Positions 48,680 to 59,699 of a stretch of DNA of 64,000 nucleotides are shown here, one piece after another; the first letter of the stretch is position 1; every line of letters starts with the position of its first letter. The notes under the pieces were generated by a model. It ran no database searches, had not been told where the DNA came from, and worked only from the letters and a program-made list of their open reading frames with translations. The DNA is from Schmidtea polychroa. Lineage: Eukaryota. The stretch lies in NCBI GenBank assembly GCA_044892525.1, contig CM097888.1, positions 36,580,001-36,644,000 of the forward strand, read 5' to 3'. Position numbers and translations under genes: made by a program.

Positions 48680-50618
48680 TTCTCTCCGTGCATCGATTGG
48701 CTATTCTTCGTTTCTCGTTTCTTATGACATGTACTTTCTGTAAGTATGGAAGCGCTGATCTTTGGTGCATAAATATTTCTTTGCGAGCTGGTTTTCTGTA
48801 GAACCCGTATGTTGGAATATTTTCTTCTATTTTGATTCTAAAATCCAATAAATTGAGGGATCCATCTTCTTCCGGATATTCGATTTCGAATTTAATATCT
48901 TGATGAGCCGCATTGAATGTATGAAATATTTTCTCCGCTTCTTTTCTGTTTTTGTTCGTGATGAAGATATCATCTACATGTCTTGCATAGAAACCGATGG
49001 GTTGTATGGTCCTCAGTGTCTGTCGTTCGAGGTTATCCATAAAGATGATTGCTAGCAGTCCTGATATGCTAGAACCCATAGGCAGACCTTTAACTTGTTT
49101 ATAGATATTTTGTTCAAAGGTAAAATAGGTGTTCTCGAGGATAACAGTAAGTAGTTTGGTGATATTCTCGATATTCATTTCCTTTATTAACAAGTTGCTT
49201 TCTCTTAATTTCTTATCTAAACATTGAATAGCCTCTGTTGGTTCTATAGATGTGTATAGTGATACGACATCAAGACTAAATGGGTATTGGAATTCTCTAT
49301 GACAAGTCATGTTATTATTTAGTCTTGTCATGAGGCAGTCGCTGCTTTGAAGATGGTGTGGTATCGTGTCCAATAAAGGTTTCAAGATCTTTGCAAGGAG
49401 CCAACTTGTTTTAGTTGTTGGTCCATTTTTGTTGGACACTATAGGTCTAATTTTGATACCAGGACCCTCTTTGTGAGTTTTAATTAGGTGGTAGAAGTTA
49501 GGAAGATCAGAATTTTTTGTGACGAAGCTGTTGGTTATTCTGTTGTTTATCCTCATTTCCAAAGCTATGGCTTCCCATACTTTGTTGATCTTCATTTCGA
49601 TGGTGTTTGGTGACATGCGGCTGACTTTCTTGTATGTTTCGATGTTGCCGAGGTGTTCGTAACCAGCTTCACAGTAACGATTCTTCTCTATAATGCAAAA
49701 TTCTCTCCCCTTGTCACTTGGTAAGTAAACGTACGGTTTCTTTTTAAGGGATTTTAATATTGCCTGTTCGTCTTTCGTTAGGTTTGAGAGATATGGTTTT
49801 CTTCTTTTCTTCTCAACTATCTCCATGATTTTGTGACAGACCTTTGAGAGTGTTGAATCTAATTCTGCATCAGGATTTGGTTGATAGAGTTTATCTGTGT
49901 TTATGTATACTGGGAGCTGGTTTTCGCTATTTTCATTTTCATGCGGTATTGTATTGTTCCATTTGATCTGGTACGCAATACGACAAAGAGCTGTTTTGAA
50001 ATTGAGGATGGCTGCTTCATCTATTTCTCTGTTTATACTGAACTTTGGTCCTAGTGAAAGTAATCCTTTTTCTCCTTTGGATAGACAATTTGTGAGGTCG
50101 GTTACTAGTTCTTTGTTCACTGTAATGCTTTCGTTTCCGTCCAGTGTTTCATTGTTCGTAACAAGACCTGCTTTGAGCTCCTTTTTTCTCAAAATGTGTT
50201 TGATTCTTTTGTCAAATCGCAAGGAATAATGTGCTTCTGCTGTCATGAAGGATTGTCTTTGTACCTCGTAGATCAATTCTTTTGGGTGGTTATTCAAATA
50301 CGTTTTCAAAATGTTTTCTTGATTCTTTTGTTCCCGATGAGTTTCTCCGTACATACTTCTAATTAAATTTGTTAAAATATAATCTTTGATGTTTTTATTT
50401 CTCTTGATGTTTTGATCTTTGTTGAGAATCTGAGGTAAGTGGATGTTATCAATTGTTGTTGGATAGATCTTTATTTCCTTACATCGGCGAAGGAAATTTA
50501 TTTGGCAGTATAATTTCGCAATTTTCTCGTTGAATCTAGCTAAATTCCGTATTTCCAAGTATTTTACCCGGCTCAGGCCTTTTGAAAGTATAAAATGATG
50601 ATTGCTTGGTAGCAGCAT
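48606..50618 (-). CDS. PLE reverse transcriptase ORF, 670 aa
   Basis: PSDKG, FYHLIKTHK, IRPIVS, SLDVVSLYTSI, GLPMGSSIS, YARHVDDIF (Y>H relative to the other copy). Confidence 0.93.
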   Translation of the reverse strand: MLLPSNHHFILSKGLSRVKYLEIRNLARFNEKIAKLYCQINFLRRCKEIKIYPTTIDNIHLPQILNKDQNIKRNKNIKDYILTNLIRSMYGETHREQKNQENILKTYLNNHPKELIYEVQRQSFMTAEAHYSLRFDKRIKHILRKKELKAGLVTNNETLDGNESITVNKELVTDLTNCLSKGEKGLLSLGPKFSINREIDEAAILNFKTALCRIAYQIKWNNTIPHENENSENQLPVYINTDKLYQPNPDAELDSTLSKVCHKIMEIVEKKRRKPYLSNLTKDEQAILKSLKKKPYVYLPSDKGREFCIIEKNRYCEAGYEHLGNIETYKKVSRMSPNTIEMKINKVWEAIALEMRINNRITNSFVTKNSDLPNFYHLIKTHKEGPGIKIRPIVSNKNGPTTKTSWLLAKILKPLLDTIPHHLQSSDCLMTRLNNNMTCHREFQYPFSLDVVSLYTSIEPTEAIQCLDKKLRESNLLIKEMNIENITKLLTVILENTYFTFEQNIYKQVKGLPMGSSISGLLAIIFMDNLERQTLRTIQPIGFYARHVDDIFITNKNRKEAEKIFHTFNAAHQDIKFEIEYPEEDGSLNLLDFRIKIEENIPTYGFYRKPARKEIFMHQRSALPYLQKVHVIRNEKRRIANRCTERNENFKEQSNFNKILHRNGYQGTGH

Positions 50619-50678
50619 TTATTATTTAAAACAATAAAATGATAATTTAAGCCTTTTGCTGCAAATAATGTATTTAAT

Positions 50679-50717
50679 GTAAGAATTTTCGACTATACGA
50701 TAGTCCTTGTCAATCTC
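50679..50717 (-). ncRNA. Candidate variant hammerhead (U3-A8) in the PLE pLTR
   Basis: Identical motif in the upstream pLTR, about 60 nt before the RT ATG. Confidence 0.5.
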
Positions 50718-51247
50718 CTGGAATTTAGCAATGTTCTTCCCCAAAATACCTTTCAATCTTTCTTTTATTTCCTTTCTCTTAATTCTTTCTCTTAATATCC
50801 CATTCATCAGTGACATACTCGACTTCAAGATCCTGAAAGAACTTAAACGTACCGGTCTTCCAATTCGGATAGCTGGTGGGTTACTGATAGTTAATTAATT
50901 ACGCTCTTATGCTGTTACCAGCGTAACCCAGAATACAACATTATTTTCCTCTCGGTACCCGTTGAGCAATCAACGTTGGTACTGTACCAAGGGGTTGAGT
51001 ACTCGCAAAAAGTGAGCGCGTCAAGCACTGTAATTGTCGAGCACTCTATGGGTTCACGGACGCCGATAGAAGGCACGTGTCCGATTTGTTTCGGTCCCTC
51101 ATCGAGATTGTTTTCCCAAACGCTTTTCTGCCAACCATCTTATTTTAGACAACCGCAAAGTTCAATCACATACTCATTAGACAACAAGAATCATTTATTT
51201 ATTCACTACTATATTACAAAGATTGTTTACGCACTCTCGAACGTCTC

Positions 51248-51805
51248 TCAGGATCGTGGATTGGCTTCAGTCTCTTTCAATTTCTCCTGTTCGGCTAGCC
51301 AGGCCCTTTTCAATTTGTCGCGGGTATTCCGCCCTAGCCGTTTGCGTTTCGGCTTGCTTGCCTGGGCTGGTGGGTATATCTGGGCCAACTCCACGGAAAG
51401 TGGACGAATCTGCTCGCAAAGGGTGTCCTGGACGAATCTTTCGTTCAATTTACTCTCGAGCGAGCGCACTTGTAGCTTCAGCGCTCGGATCTCGAGTTGA
51501 TCTTGCTCCGCCTGGGTCTGGAGTTGTGAGATGCGCGTGGTTTGTTTCTTCATCTCAGCCGGACTGAACCACGTACTTTCGAGTTCTCGGCATTTGATCT
51601 TGAACTTCTCGACCCGACTTCGGAGGTCTTCGGCTTGTTGCTGGGCCTGTTCACGGTCCTTTCGTAGGTTTTCGAGGAATTTGTACACTGAATGGAAACA
51701 ATAATAAAATTCCCTCGCTCGCTGCCATGTGCGTAAAGGTGATTCACTTAGTGGTGTAAAATTTATAGCTGAAAGGTGAGTGAAGTCCCCCGATCCTGGA
51801 GACAC
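51248..51805 (-). CDS. Coiled-coil ORF with C-terminal basic NLS-like motif inside the LTR-like element
   Basis: Heptad-like LENLRKDREQAQQQAEDLRSRVEKF...LEIRALKLQVRSLESKLNE, then KPKRKRLGR. No ATG at the ORF start; possible splice acceptor at 51688-51689. Confidence 0.65.
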   Translation of the reverse strand: MSPGSGDFTHLSAINFTPLSESPLRTWQRAREFYYCFHSVYKFLENLRKDREQAQQQAEDLRSRVEKFKIKCRELESTWFSPAEMKKQTTRISQLQTQAEQDQLEIRALKLQVRSLESKLNERFVQDTLCEQIRPLSVELAQIYPPAQASKPKRKRLGRNTRDKLKRAWLAEQEKLKETEANPRS

Positions 51806-51997
51806 CCCATAAAATACAATCGCAGAAAAATTAATTTGTTATATGAGGAAGACACATGAACAAATATAATATTAATAATTTTAATAAAGTAACATCCTAC
51901 AAATTGTCGTATCAATTATTAAAGGAGTCAAACACAATTACAACAACATTATGTCCGATTGATCATATAGTTCATTCAAGTCATCACTGTCGTGGGA

Positions 51998-52366
51998 TTA
52001 GGCAGGGTTCTTCCGGGGTCTTCCCCGTTTCCTCGGAGGTGCCTCGGCCTCTTCTAGTTCCTCCAGGGACACCCCTCCTCTTTCGGCTCTGATCTGTAGA
52101 TCGATCTTCTTGAGCCGGGCCTGGGAAGCTTCCACATCGCAGACCGCCTGATCTCGGGCCTCTTGCAAACGGTCATTCTCCGGTTCCACCTTCACCCATG
52201 TCTGGGCATCGGGCTCTGGGCCGGTCCGGATAATCCGATTGGAACAGTCCAGGTCCCGCCCCTGACACCATCGATGAATATGATGCCAGATGTACCGCGT
52301 GCGAAGGCGGGTGATTGTCCATTGCTCGTCCTCTTCGTTGCTGTGGTTATCGTTTGGTGGTGCCAT
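51998..52366 (-). CDS. 122-aa AT-hook protein inside the LTR-like element
   Basis: ATG at 52366, GC-rich coding-like composition, C-terminal PRKRGRPRK AT-hook after a short coiled coil. Confidence 0.7.
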   Translation of the reverse strand: MAPPNDNHSNEEDEQWTITRLRTRYIWHHIHRWCQGRDLDCSNRIIRTGPEPDAQTWVKVEPENDRLQEARDQAVCDVEASQARLKKIDLQIRAERGGVSLEELEEAEAPPRKRGRPRKNPA

Positions 52367-52487
52367 GCCTGGAATGTATACGTTAATACCCGCTTAACTC
52401 ACGTCACTTATCAATGGTCGTCATAATAAAATACATCGAATTAACTCACATATCAATGACTAAGTTTACTACGATTGTTATAACTAC

Positions 52488-52794
52488 TTTTATCAAAGAA
52501 AAATAAGTTTTGTTTATAGGTTTTACCAATTTAATTTTTAACTACTTAAAATTAAATAACTTTTACCAAAAAAAATAAAGTTTGTGTATAGGTTTTACCA
52601 ATTTAATTTTTAACTACTTAAATTTAAATAACTTTTATCAAAAAAAATAAAGTTTGTGTATAGGTTTTACCAATTTAATTTTTAACTACTTAAATTTAAA
52701 TAACTTTTATCAAAAAAAATAAAGTTTGTGTATAGGTTTTACCAATTTAATTTTTAACTACTTAAAATTAAATAACTTTTATCAAAAAAAAATA
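52488..52794. repeat. 72-73 bp tandem repeat, four units plus a partial
   Basis: Unit starts at 52488, 52561, 52633, 52705 and 52777. Confidence 0.93.
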
Positions 52795-53320
52795 ACACTT
52801 ACAATTATTATCATCACCCTGATTTAAGGCCTTTTGTTTTATCACGGTAATCGTTGTTAAGGTTACGCAACAACTCCCACATTTCTTAATTTTAGTCAGC
52901 ACGGATATAATAAAGGGAAGGAATTCAGGTATCCAATATTCATATCTTAAGATTTTTCATCGCAACTTAGTGATATCAGTAGCCGACCCCAAATCTCGAT
53001 CAGTTACTATTGACTGATAATATGCTATGGTCCCTCGCATGGACGAAGAGAGCTTGGCGATGCCAAGGAGAAAAGTTGGCGATTGCCTCGATAATTGAGT
53101 CGATATTAACTTATAAAGAACTCAGTGATCCCGATTAGTAACCTTTGTTTGGAATTTTTTGTTTCGCTTGGATGCTAATATAACGTGAATCTTCGATTTT
53201 GGACAAAGTAAAACTTCCTAGTAAGGAAAAAACTTATTTTAACGAAGATGCTTCGATTTCTTTTAATTTTTGAAATTTCGGGAACTCCCCAGATCGGGAT
53301 CGGATCGATGAATAAGGTTA

Positions 53321-53610
53321 GTATGGATAATGATGATGATAACAATAGTAATTATAGTAAGAGTAATAGCAATGTCAATTATGATGATAGTAATAAATAA
53401 TAATAATGTTTATCCTGACAATACCAATGGTAATAGTAATCGCACTAGAATAACGGTAATCATGATAATATTAGTAATGATGATAATAACTTTGATGATA
53501 ATAATAGTATTAATAACCATAGTAGGATAGTTAATCATGATAATATTAGTCATGATGATAATAACTTTGATGGCAATAATAGCATTAATAATAATAGTAG
53601 GATAGTTTCC
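53321..53610. repeat. ATA/ATG-rich low-complexity tract with a roughly 75-bp tandem duplication
   Basis: ATCATGATAATATTAGT...AGTAGGATAGTT occurs twice (about 53460-53608). Confidence 0.8.
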
Positions 53611-56600
53611 CATTTTTCCATTCGAGATTCCACTTTCCTAATTGTAGAAATTCTAAGCTTATGATTTAGGGAGTTACCTTTACAATCTACAGATTTCTGT
53701 CTAGAATTCAGCGTTTATGTTTTACCATTTATGAACTTCTACCTTACAGTGTCTAATTAAATATATCTCGTATATAGTTTAATACTTTATGATTTGCTAT
53801 TCGGTATTTTGTTATTTTATAATCGCTGCTTCAAGTGTTGTAATTTATAAATTTGTGTTAGCTACATTTGTAATTTTCGGATTCCTAATTCATAGCGTTT
53901 TATGAATTTATAATTTATCAGTTCTCGTTTCATGAGTTAATTTTGTCGATTTTAGAAATTTATCCTCTACGATCTACAAATTTCCTTTCACTATGATAAT
54001 TGTGCACTCTTGGCTCTGCAATTGGTATGGTAAATGCGGGACTATCGTCTAGATACTAGTCCATGTTGATTGGACGTCTAACTGCAGTGCGAGGTCAGAG
54101 TTACCAGTCGGTGTGCTTGCAACTTCTATGCCCCGCAGAGTGAGAGCTTTTTGGTTCACCACTCATACGTTCTAGGTAACCTACAATCCTGGTAAGATAA
54201 CTGGAATAATTAATCGATTTCTCGTTCCTCTAATTCTAGAATGCGGAATGTGCAACTACGTCACTGGTGACTCACAAATTTGTAGATTATATCAATTACC
54301 TGATTGGTCTACCGATTGGCTAGAATGACTGCATGTTACTAAAAATAGATTTCATGCGTGTTGTATCGATCGTTTGATTCCTCCGTAAGTCTAATTTTGT
54401 ATAATTCTTAAGCCATAATTTATGATGATTAAACAGGTTCGTCGTAATGCTGTCGGAAGCCTCTTTGCGGATAATTTTAATTCTGAAGATTTTGGACTAT
54501 CGGAACTATTGAGTTCATAATCAGGCGGTACCCGATATACCGTTTGCCCTGCCAACGGCTTTGTCGAATACTCCATGGATTTATCAAACCCACTCGCTTC
54601 AAGTTATTCGTTGGATTTCGAAAACGATCTCACCGATACAATTGGACGTAAAACAGGATGACATCGCAATCGCTCAACTCCAATCTCAGATATCCATATT
54701 GAACGTTGCATGTGATTCCAATGACAATTATGATTTCCCATAAATTTTCTTATGTAATAAAGTATTTGTATGGTAAACTGTTTTTGTTTTTATTCAAGCT
54801 TAGCTGCACAAAATTATTCGAGTTTACTTGGTAGTGTGACCTACACTTTGGCTTTTGGGTATCTTTATTAATCGTTTTGCACCAGGATTTTTCATAAGTG
54901 GGACGGAATTTCCGTTTATTCTAGAAGCTGGACAAAATTAAGATTTATAGTTCGGAGGTCTTTAGAGGACTTAGAGAGCAAACAAAACTTAGATTATCAT
55001 CGGAAATTTTTAATCATTATTCTAATCGAGAGTCAAATAAAATCAGGTGTCTGGGTTATACGTTTCTAAAGCACAAGCATCAATCATAGACTCAGAGTTT
55101 ATACTTCGGAAATTCCAGAAAATATAACCTAAATATCTCGAGATTATGAACTCAGTTACCCTATCAAGCTAACATTATGCTTTAAGTATTCAGTCAAATT
55201 ATAGTTTATAATCAGTTACCTATTTAAGGAAATGCATAATACTACGCTATAATTTAGGTATGCATAAATTATCGATGGGGGAATAGGAGTTAGCATTATA
55301 CCTTTCAACACTCAAAAATTATATTTTATATGAAAACCCTAATTTCTAATTTAAATAGCTAAATATGTAAATAATTTATAAAATTCTATTATATTTTTCT
55401 GCCTTATATTTTAAAACTAGATTCCGCAATCTATTAAGTTACACTTTATCAATTGGTACTATTACATAATATACTCTATATTTTCAACGGGCATGCAAAG
55501 CCATATTTCTACTTCAACATTAATAAAATATAATATAACCCCAAATTATATCCCAATATCTTCACACATTATATTTTAAATAGGCATAAGGTTATATTTC
55601 ATAGTAAAAATTTATGAATTATTTCTGAATGCAACCTAAAAGTATATAATTAATAATTATAAATTATACTTCAAGCAAAGTTATTTCATAATTTCTAAAC
55701 ATTTAACATTTTTAGATTACATTTTCGGACTCATTATTAAGACATATTTCATAGATCAAGGGTAATACGTATTTATAGGTTGTAGCTTCGACTACAAATT
55801 TGAGCCGTAGATTTAAAGTTAATTAAGTACTTTCATTTGATTATTTACGTTTGTCGAACTTCTTTACGAGGATTTCTACATTTACTCTAAAAATTAAAGA
55901 AATTTTAAAATTATATATCTCAATGCAGTTCGACAAACGTATAGGCATAATCGAGTTTTCCCATGATGATCAACCGACTACATGTGTTCAATTTGGGTCT
56001 GAGTTCTACTCAATTATGACCTTAGTGTAACCCTATTGTCTACGATTTTTAATGTTGAGATTAAATATGTTTGCTTGTACTCGGGAAGAATGCTTGCTTA
56101 CACGGCCCCACTGTGACCGCTACGACAAGCCCTACTGTAATGTTGAGTCGAAACATCACTGTCGACCGATAAATAAATATATGGAGCCATAGCGGAGGGG
56201 TTTTATCGACACAACTCCATGGTAGAACCATGAAGTGGCCGACCTCCGATGACCGAACAAAAAAAAATATATACAGGATATTGCATGTCTGCATGTTTCA
56301 AAAAAATTTAACATCAAATGCAGGACTGAATAGAGACGCACTGAGACGCCGCTGATCAGTCGTATTTTTTAAAAAAAATTTTAATAAAAATAATTTGGTC
56401 TTATGGATATTAAAATTAATTTACATTAAAATGATTACATTAACCATAGGTGACAAAAAAAAAAAAATTTTTCTTACTATTAGTTTTCGGAAAAATCTTA
56501 ACAAAATATTGGCATAAACAAAAGTGATTTATTGTGACTGAAACGTGTCAGTATATATACCTATTTTGTACACGTGTATGTATTGATGCATTAAAACAAA

Positions 56601-57765
56601 CTCGAATTCTTTTTATTCCAGAATTTTCTATTTCACGATTTTGATATTTTTAATGGCAATTTTTGTGCCATAATTTTTGTTTTCATTTTTAAAATTTTAT
56701 TTTTTAATTATTTTTCGTTAATTTGACGTCCATGATGAATTTGGAACGGTTCCAGAACATTCTATTTTACTTTTAATTTAATTTTTATTCCAACTGGTGT
56801 TTTATGAATTTCTTTTTAAGATTTATTATTTTTAATACTAATTTATTTATTTTCTCTACTTTTTATGGCTTTTGTGATGGTCATCGCCATTTTAATGGAA
56901 TGTTCTGGGTTTTTCTGGAATTTTTTACTGTTTTTACCATCTTTTAAGTTATTCGAGTTTGCTTTTTGTAATTCTATGTTTATTTGGTTATTTTTGAGTT
57001 AGATTTTGCATAACTTCTTGCTTTTGTATAATTTTATTTAATTTGTGTGTTTATTATTCTTGTTGTTTTCTCTGTTTAATTACCATTGTTTATTTGGTGT
57101 AGGTTTTAATATTTAATTATACTTGGTGCTTTTTTACTTGCTGTGTACCTACACATTTCAGTCACAATGTGTATTTTGGGTCTAGAATTCAGTTCTAGCC
57201 CAACATAGCACATAAATCTTGGACATTGAGAAGGGCTCTGGCAGGCAACATAAATAGAGAAAACAATTGCACAATGAAAAACTGCCAGACACCGAAAGAT
57301 ATGTGCTTTAGAAAAAACATCGTCTATTGCATCACGTGCAATGTATGCAATGAAATCTACATTGGAAGTACCCTCAGGACATTGCACCAAAGAGTTAAAG
57401 AACTGACAATATATAAAGAAATTAAAAAGTATTAATTAGAATAATATAGAAAAAAATTTTAAAAATAGGGTTTGAAAATCAAAATTGACACATTTATTAA
57501 AATATTTAAATAGCATATATAAGTAGTTATTGGAAGCTTTATTTAAAATATTTTCAAATATTTTATTAGGCTTCTAGAAGCTAATTATAGAAGCTGTAAA
57601 AAATTTAAAAATTTTTAGTTTGTGTCATTTTGAAATTTTAAATGTAAAAATTTTAAAAGTTTTTAGTAAAACAATTCATTATATTTACAACCAATGAGAA
57701 TTAAGAGAAAGGAAATAAAAGAAGGATTGAAAGGTATTTTGGGGAAGAACATTGCTAAATTCCAG

Positions 57766-57804
57766 GAGATTGACAAGGACTATCGTATAGTCGAAAATTC
57801 TTTC
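57766..57804 (+). ncRNA. Candidate variant hammerhead (U3-A8) in the inverted PLE pLTR
   Basis: GAGA-TTGACAA-G-GACTAT-CGT-ATAGTC-GAAA-ATTC^TTTC. The 4-bp stem I GAGA/TTTC includes one G-U pair. Confidence 0.55.
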
Positions 57805-58363
57805 ATTAAATACATTATTTGCAGCAAAAGGCTTAAANNNNNNNNNNNNNNNNNNNNNNNNNNNNNNNNNNNNNNNNNNNNNNNNNNNNNNNNNNNNNNN
57901 NNNNNNNNNNNNNNNNNNNNNNNNNNNNNNNNNNNNNNNNNNNNNNNNNNNNNNNNNNNNNNNNNNNNNNNNNNNNNNNNNNNNNNNNNNNNNNNNNNNN
58001 NNNNTGTTAATATTTTTTTATATAAATAAATCTCATAAAATTGAACTGATTATTTAAAAAATATTTCATTTAATTCATTATTGTCTAAAAATTGACTCAA
58101 AACAATCTGGAGTTTAGAATTTATTATTTTGAGAATTAAATTAAATTATACATCAAATTGACAATTTCTTTATTTAATGAATCATACAGAATTTATTTTT
58201 ATTTACTAATATATATGTTCGTTATTTTGAACAAATATTCATGATAAATTTTATTTGAGAAGATTCATAATAATGTAAATGCCATGAAAATGAATCACAA
58301 AAAACTTGTATTCACATATCTTTCATCTGTATAAAAGGACGATTTATAAAATTAATTTTAAAC

Positions 58364-58704
58364 ATGAAAATCTTAGTTCTCTTTAGTTTGACTTTGGTCT
58401 TTGTTTGTTGGGCGCTCCCAGCAGAGGACTACTACAATGATATGGAAAATGAACCGGTTAATGAGAAATCTTTTGAAATTGGTAAAATGATTCTTGATTA
58501 TTATTTTTTATCAACTTCTTTATAGATAATAATGCTAATGAAAACCAGTTAGACAAGAAGTTATTTTCCCGTTGCAAACCAAAAATCAAAGATTGTCCAC
58601 AGCATTTAAAATACCGATGTAGAATGTGTATATACCACCAAAAACGAAAACCAATTCTTTGCCATTCAAATGGAACAATAACTTGTGTTCAAAAAAATTT
58701 TTAA
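58364..58704 (+). CDS. Second intact copy of the secreted 6-Cys cationic peptide precursor (exons 58364-58481, 58526-58704)
   Basis: Same 44-nt intron. Mature peptide identical. I10T and V48L plus three synonymous changes. Confidence 0.85.
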
Positions 58705-59699
58705 ATACAACTTTAATAAATGTATTTTTATTTTTATTTTATTTTATTTTCCTATTAGAAACTTTAAAATATATAATCTGGAAACATTGCATAAATAAAG
58801 TTCTTTTATTATAGTTTAAAATTTTTTCTTCATTCTTGTAATTTTCAATTTTCTTCATCTACATTTCTTTTCAGATTATCAATCAATATTTTGTTTTACA
58901 TGATAAAAATTTTTAATCCACCATTGTTCATGCATTTGTAGAAAGCTGTATCGATGATTCGTTTTAAAAAGAAGACAAATCAATGTTGTCAGAAAAGTAA
59001 TGAAGAATAAAAAAATGAAAATATCTCAATGGTGAAAAAGATAAAAGATTTAGCTGATATAATTGGCATGATAAATAGGACAATTTGATAATATGTTATA
59101 AGTTGAATACATATTTTGTTAACAATTAGGAAAATTTAATTTGGTTTTTTTATTATCAGGGTCAACTTCTCTATACAACACAAATAAAATTTCATTTAAT
59201 TTGCGAAATTAGTTTGAAATCTTTGTCAGGTCCTTAAATTTATTGTTAAAATGTTTCAATTGTTTTCATATAATCATTTTTTAGAAATTATATTTTATTA
59301 AATTGCATTATTTTTCCATATAGTAATAAATGAAACTATAAAAATGCATTTATTAAAAAATATTAAATTATATTAATTAAAGCATAATTTTTAGATACTT
59401 AAGTTGTGTGGGATTTTAAAACTCAAATTATTTAATTTTTGAAGTTCTGTAATAAAGTGATTTTTGAAAGTAGCATTTAGGTCTTTGAAATATTTTTTTA
59501 TAAAAGCAAAACACTTTAATTATTTTATTAAAAAAATGCTGCTTGTTAATTGCCTGCAAAGTTTTCATATATAATTTTAACCAATGATTAGAATAAATTT
59601 TCAAAAAATAATTAATTTAAATCAATGATTGGAATATTTTCAATAAATAATTTTAGTCAATGATGGGACATTTTAAGATATTTCCGTTGATAAGGCTAC

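Larger units (their letters stand above)
47560..50786 (-). mobile_element. Near full-length Penelope-like retroelement with direct pLTRs (47560-47740, 50610-50786)
   Basis: RT plus C-terminal GIY-YIG. The terminal direct repeat includes the ORF start codon. An inverted 5' extension follows. Confidence 0.95.
50874..57205 (-). mobile_element. 6332-bp TG...CA element with 4-bp TSD; probable giant solo LTR (Ty3/Gypsy-type)
   Basis: Termini TGGTGGGTTA / (rc) TGTTGGGCTA and TSD TAGC at 50870-50873 and 57206-57209. No gag/pol and no second LTR seen inside. Confidence 0.8.
50794..57837 (+). mobile_element. Inverted 5'-truncated PLE copy (50794-50873 joined to 57206-57837), split by the 6.3-kb insertion
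   Basis: ...TTCGGATAGC at 50873 resumes as TAGCACATAAATC at 57206. Has an internal deletion in the GIY-YIG part, then the 3' UTR and pLTR up to the gap. Confidence 0.88.

Noticed and set aside
53330-53613. Ile/Met-rich ORFs on both strands
   Set aside because: Products of an ATA/ATG low-complexity tract with no coding signature.
56115-56170. Hammerhead-like GACAAG...GTCGAAAC...GTC
   Set aside because: The core lacks the UGA triplet, and stems I and II do not pair.
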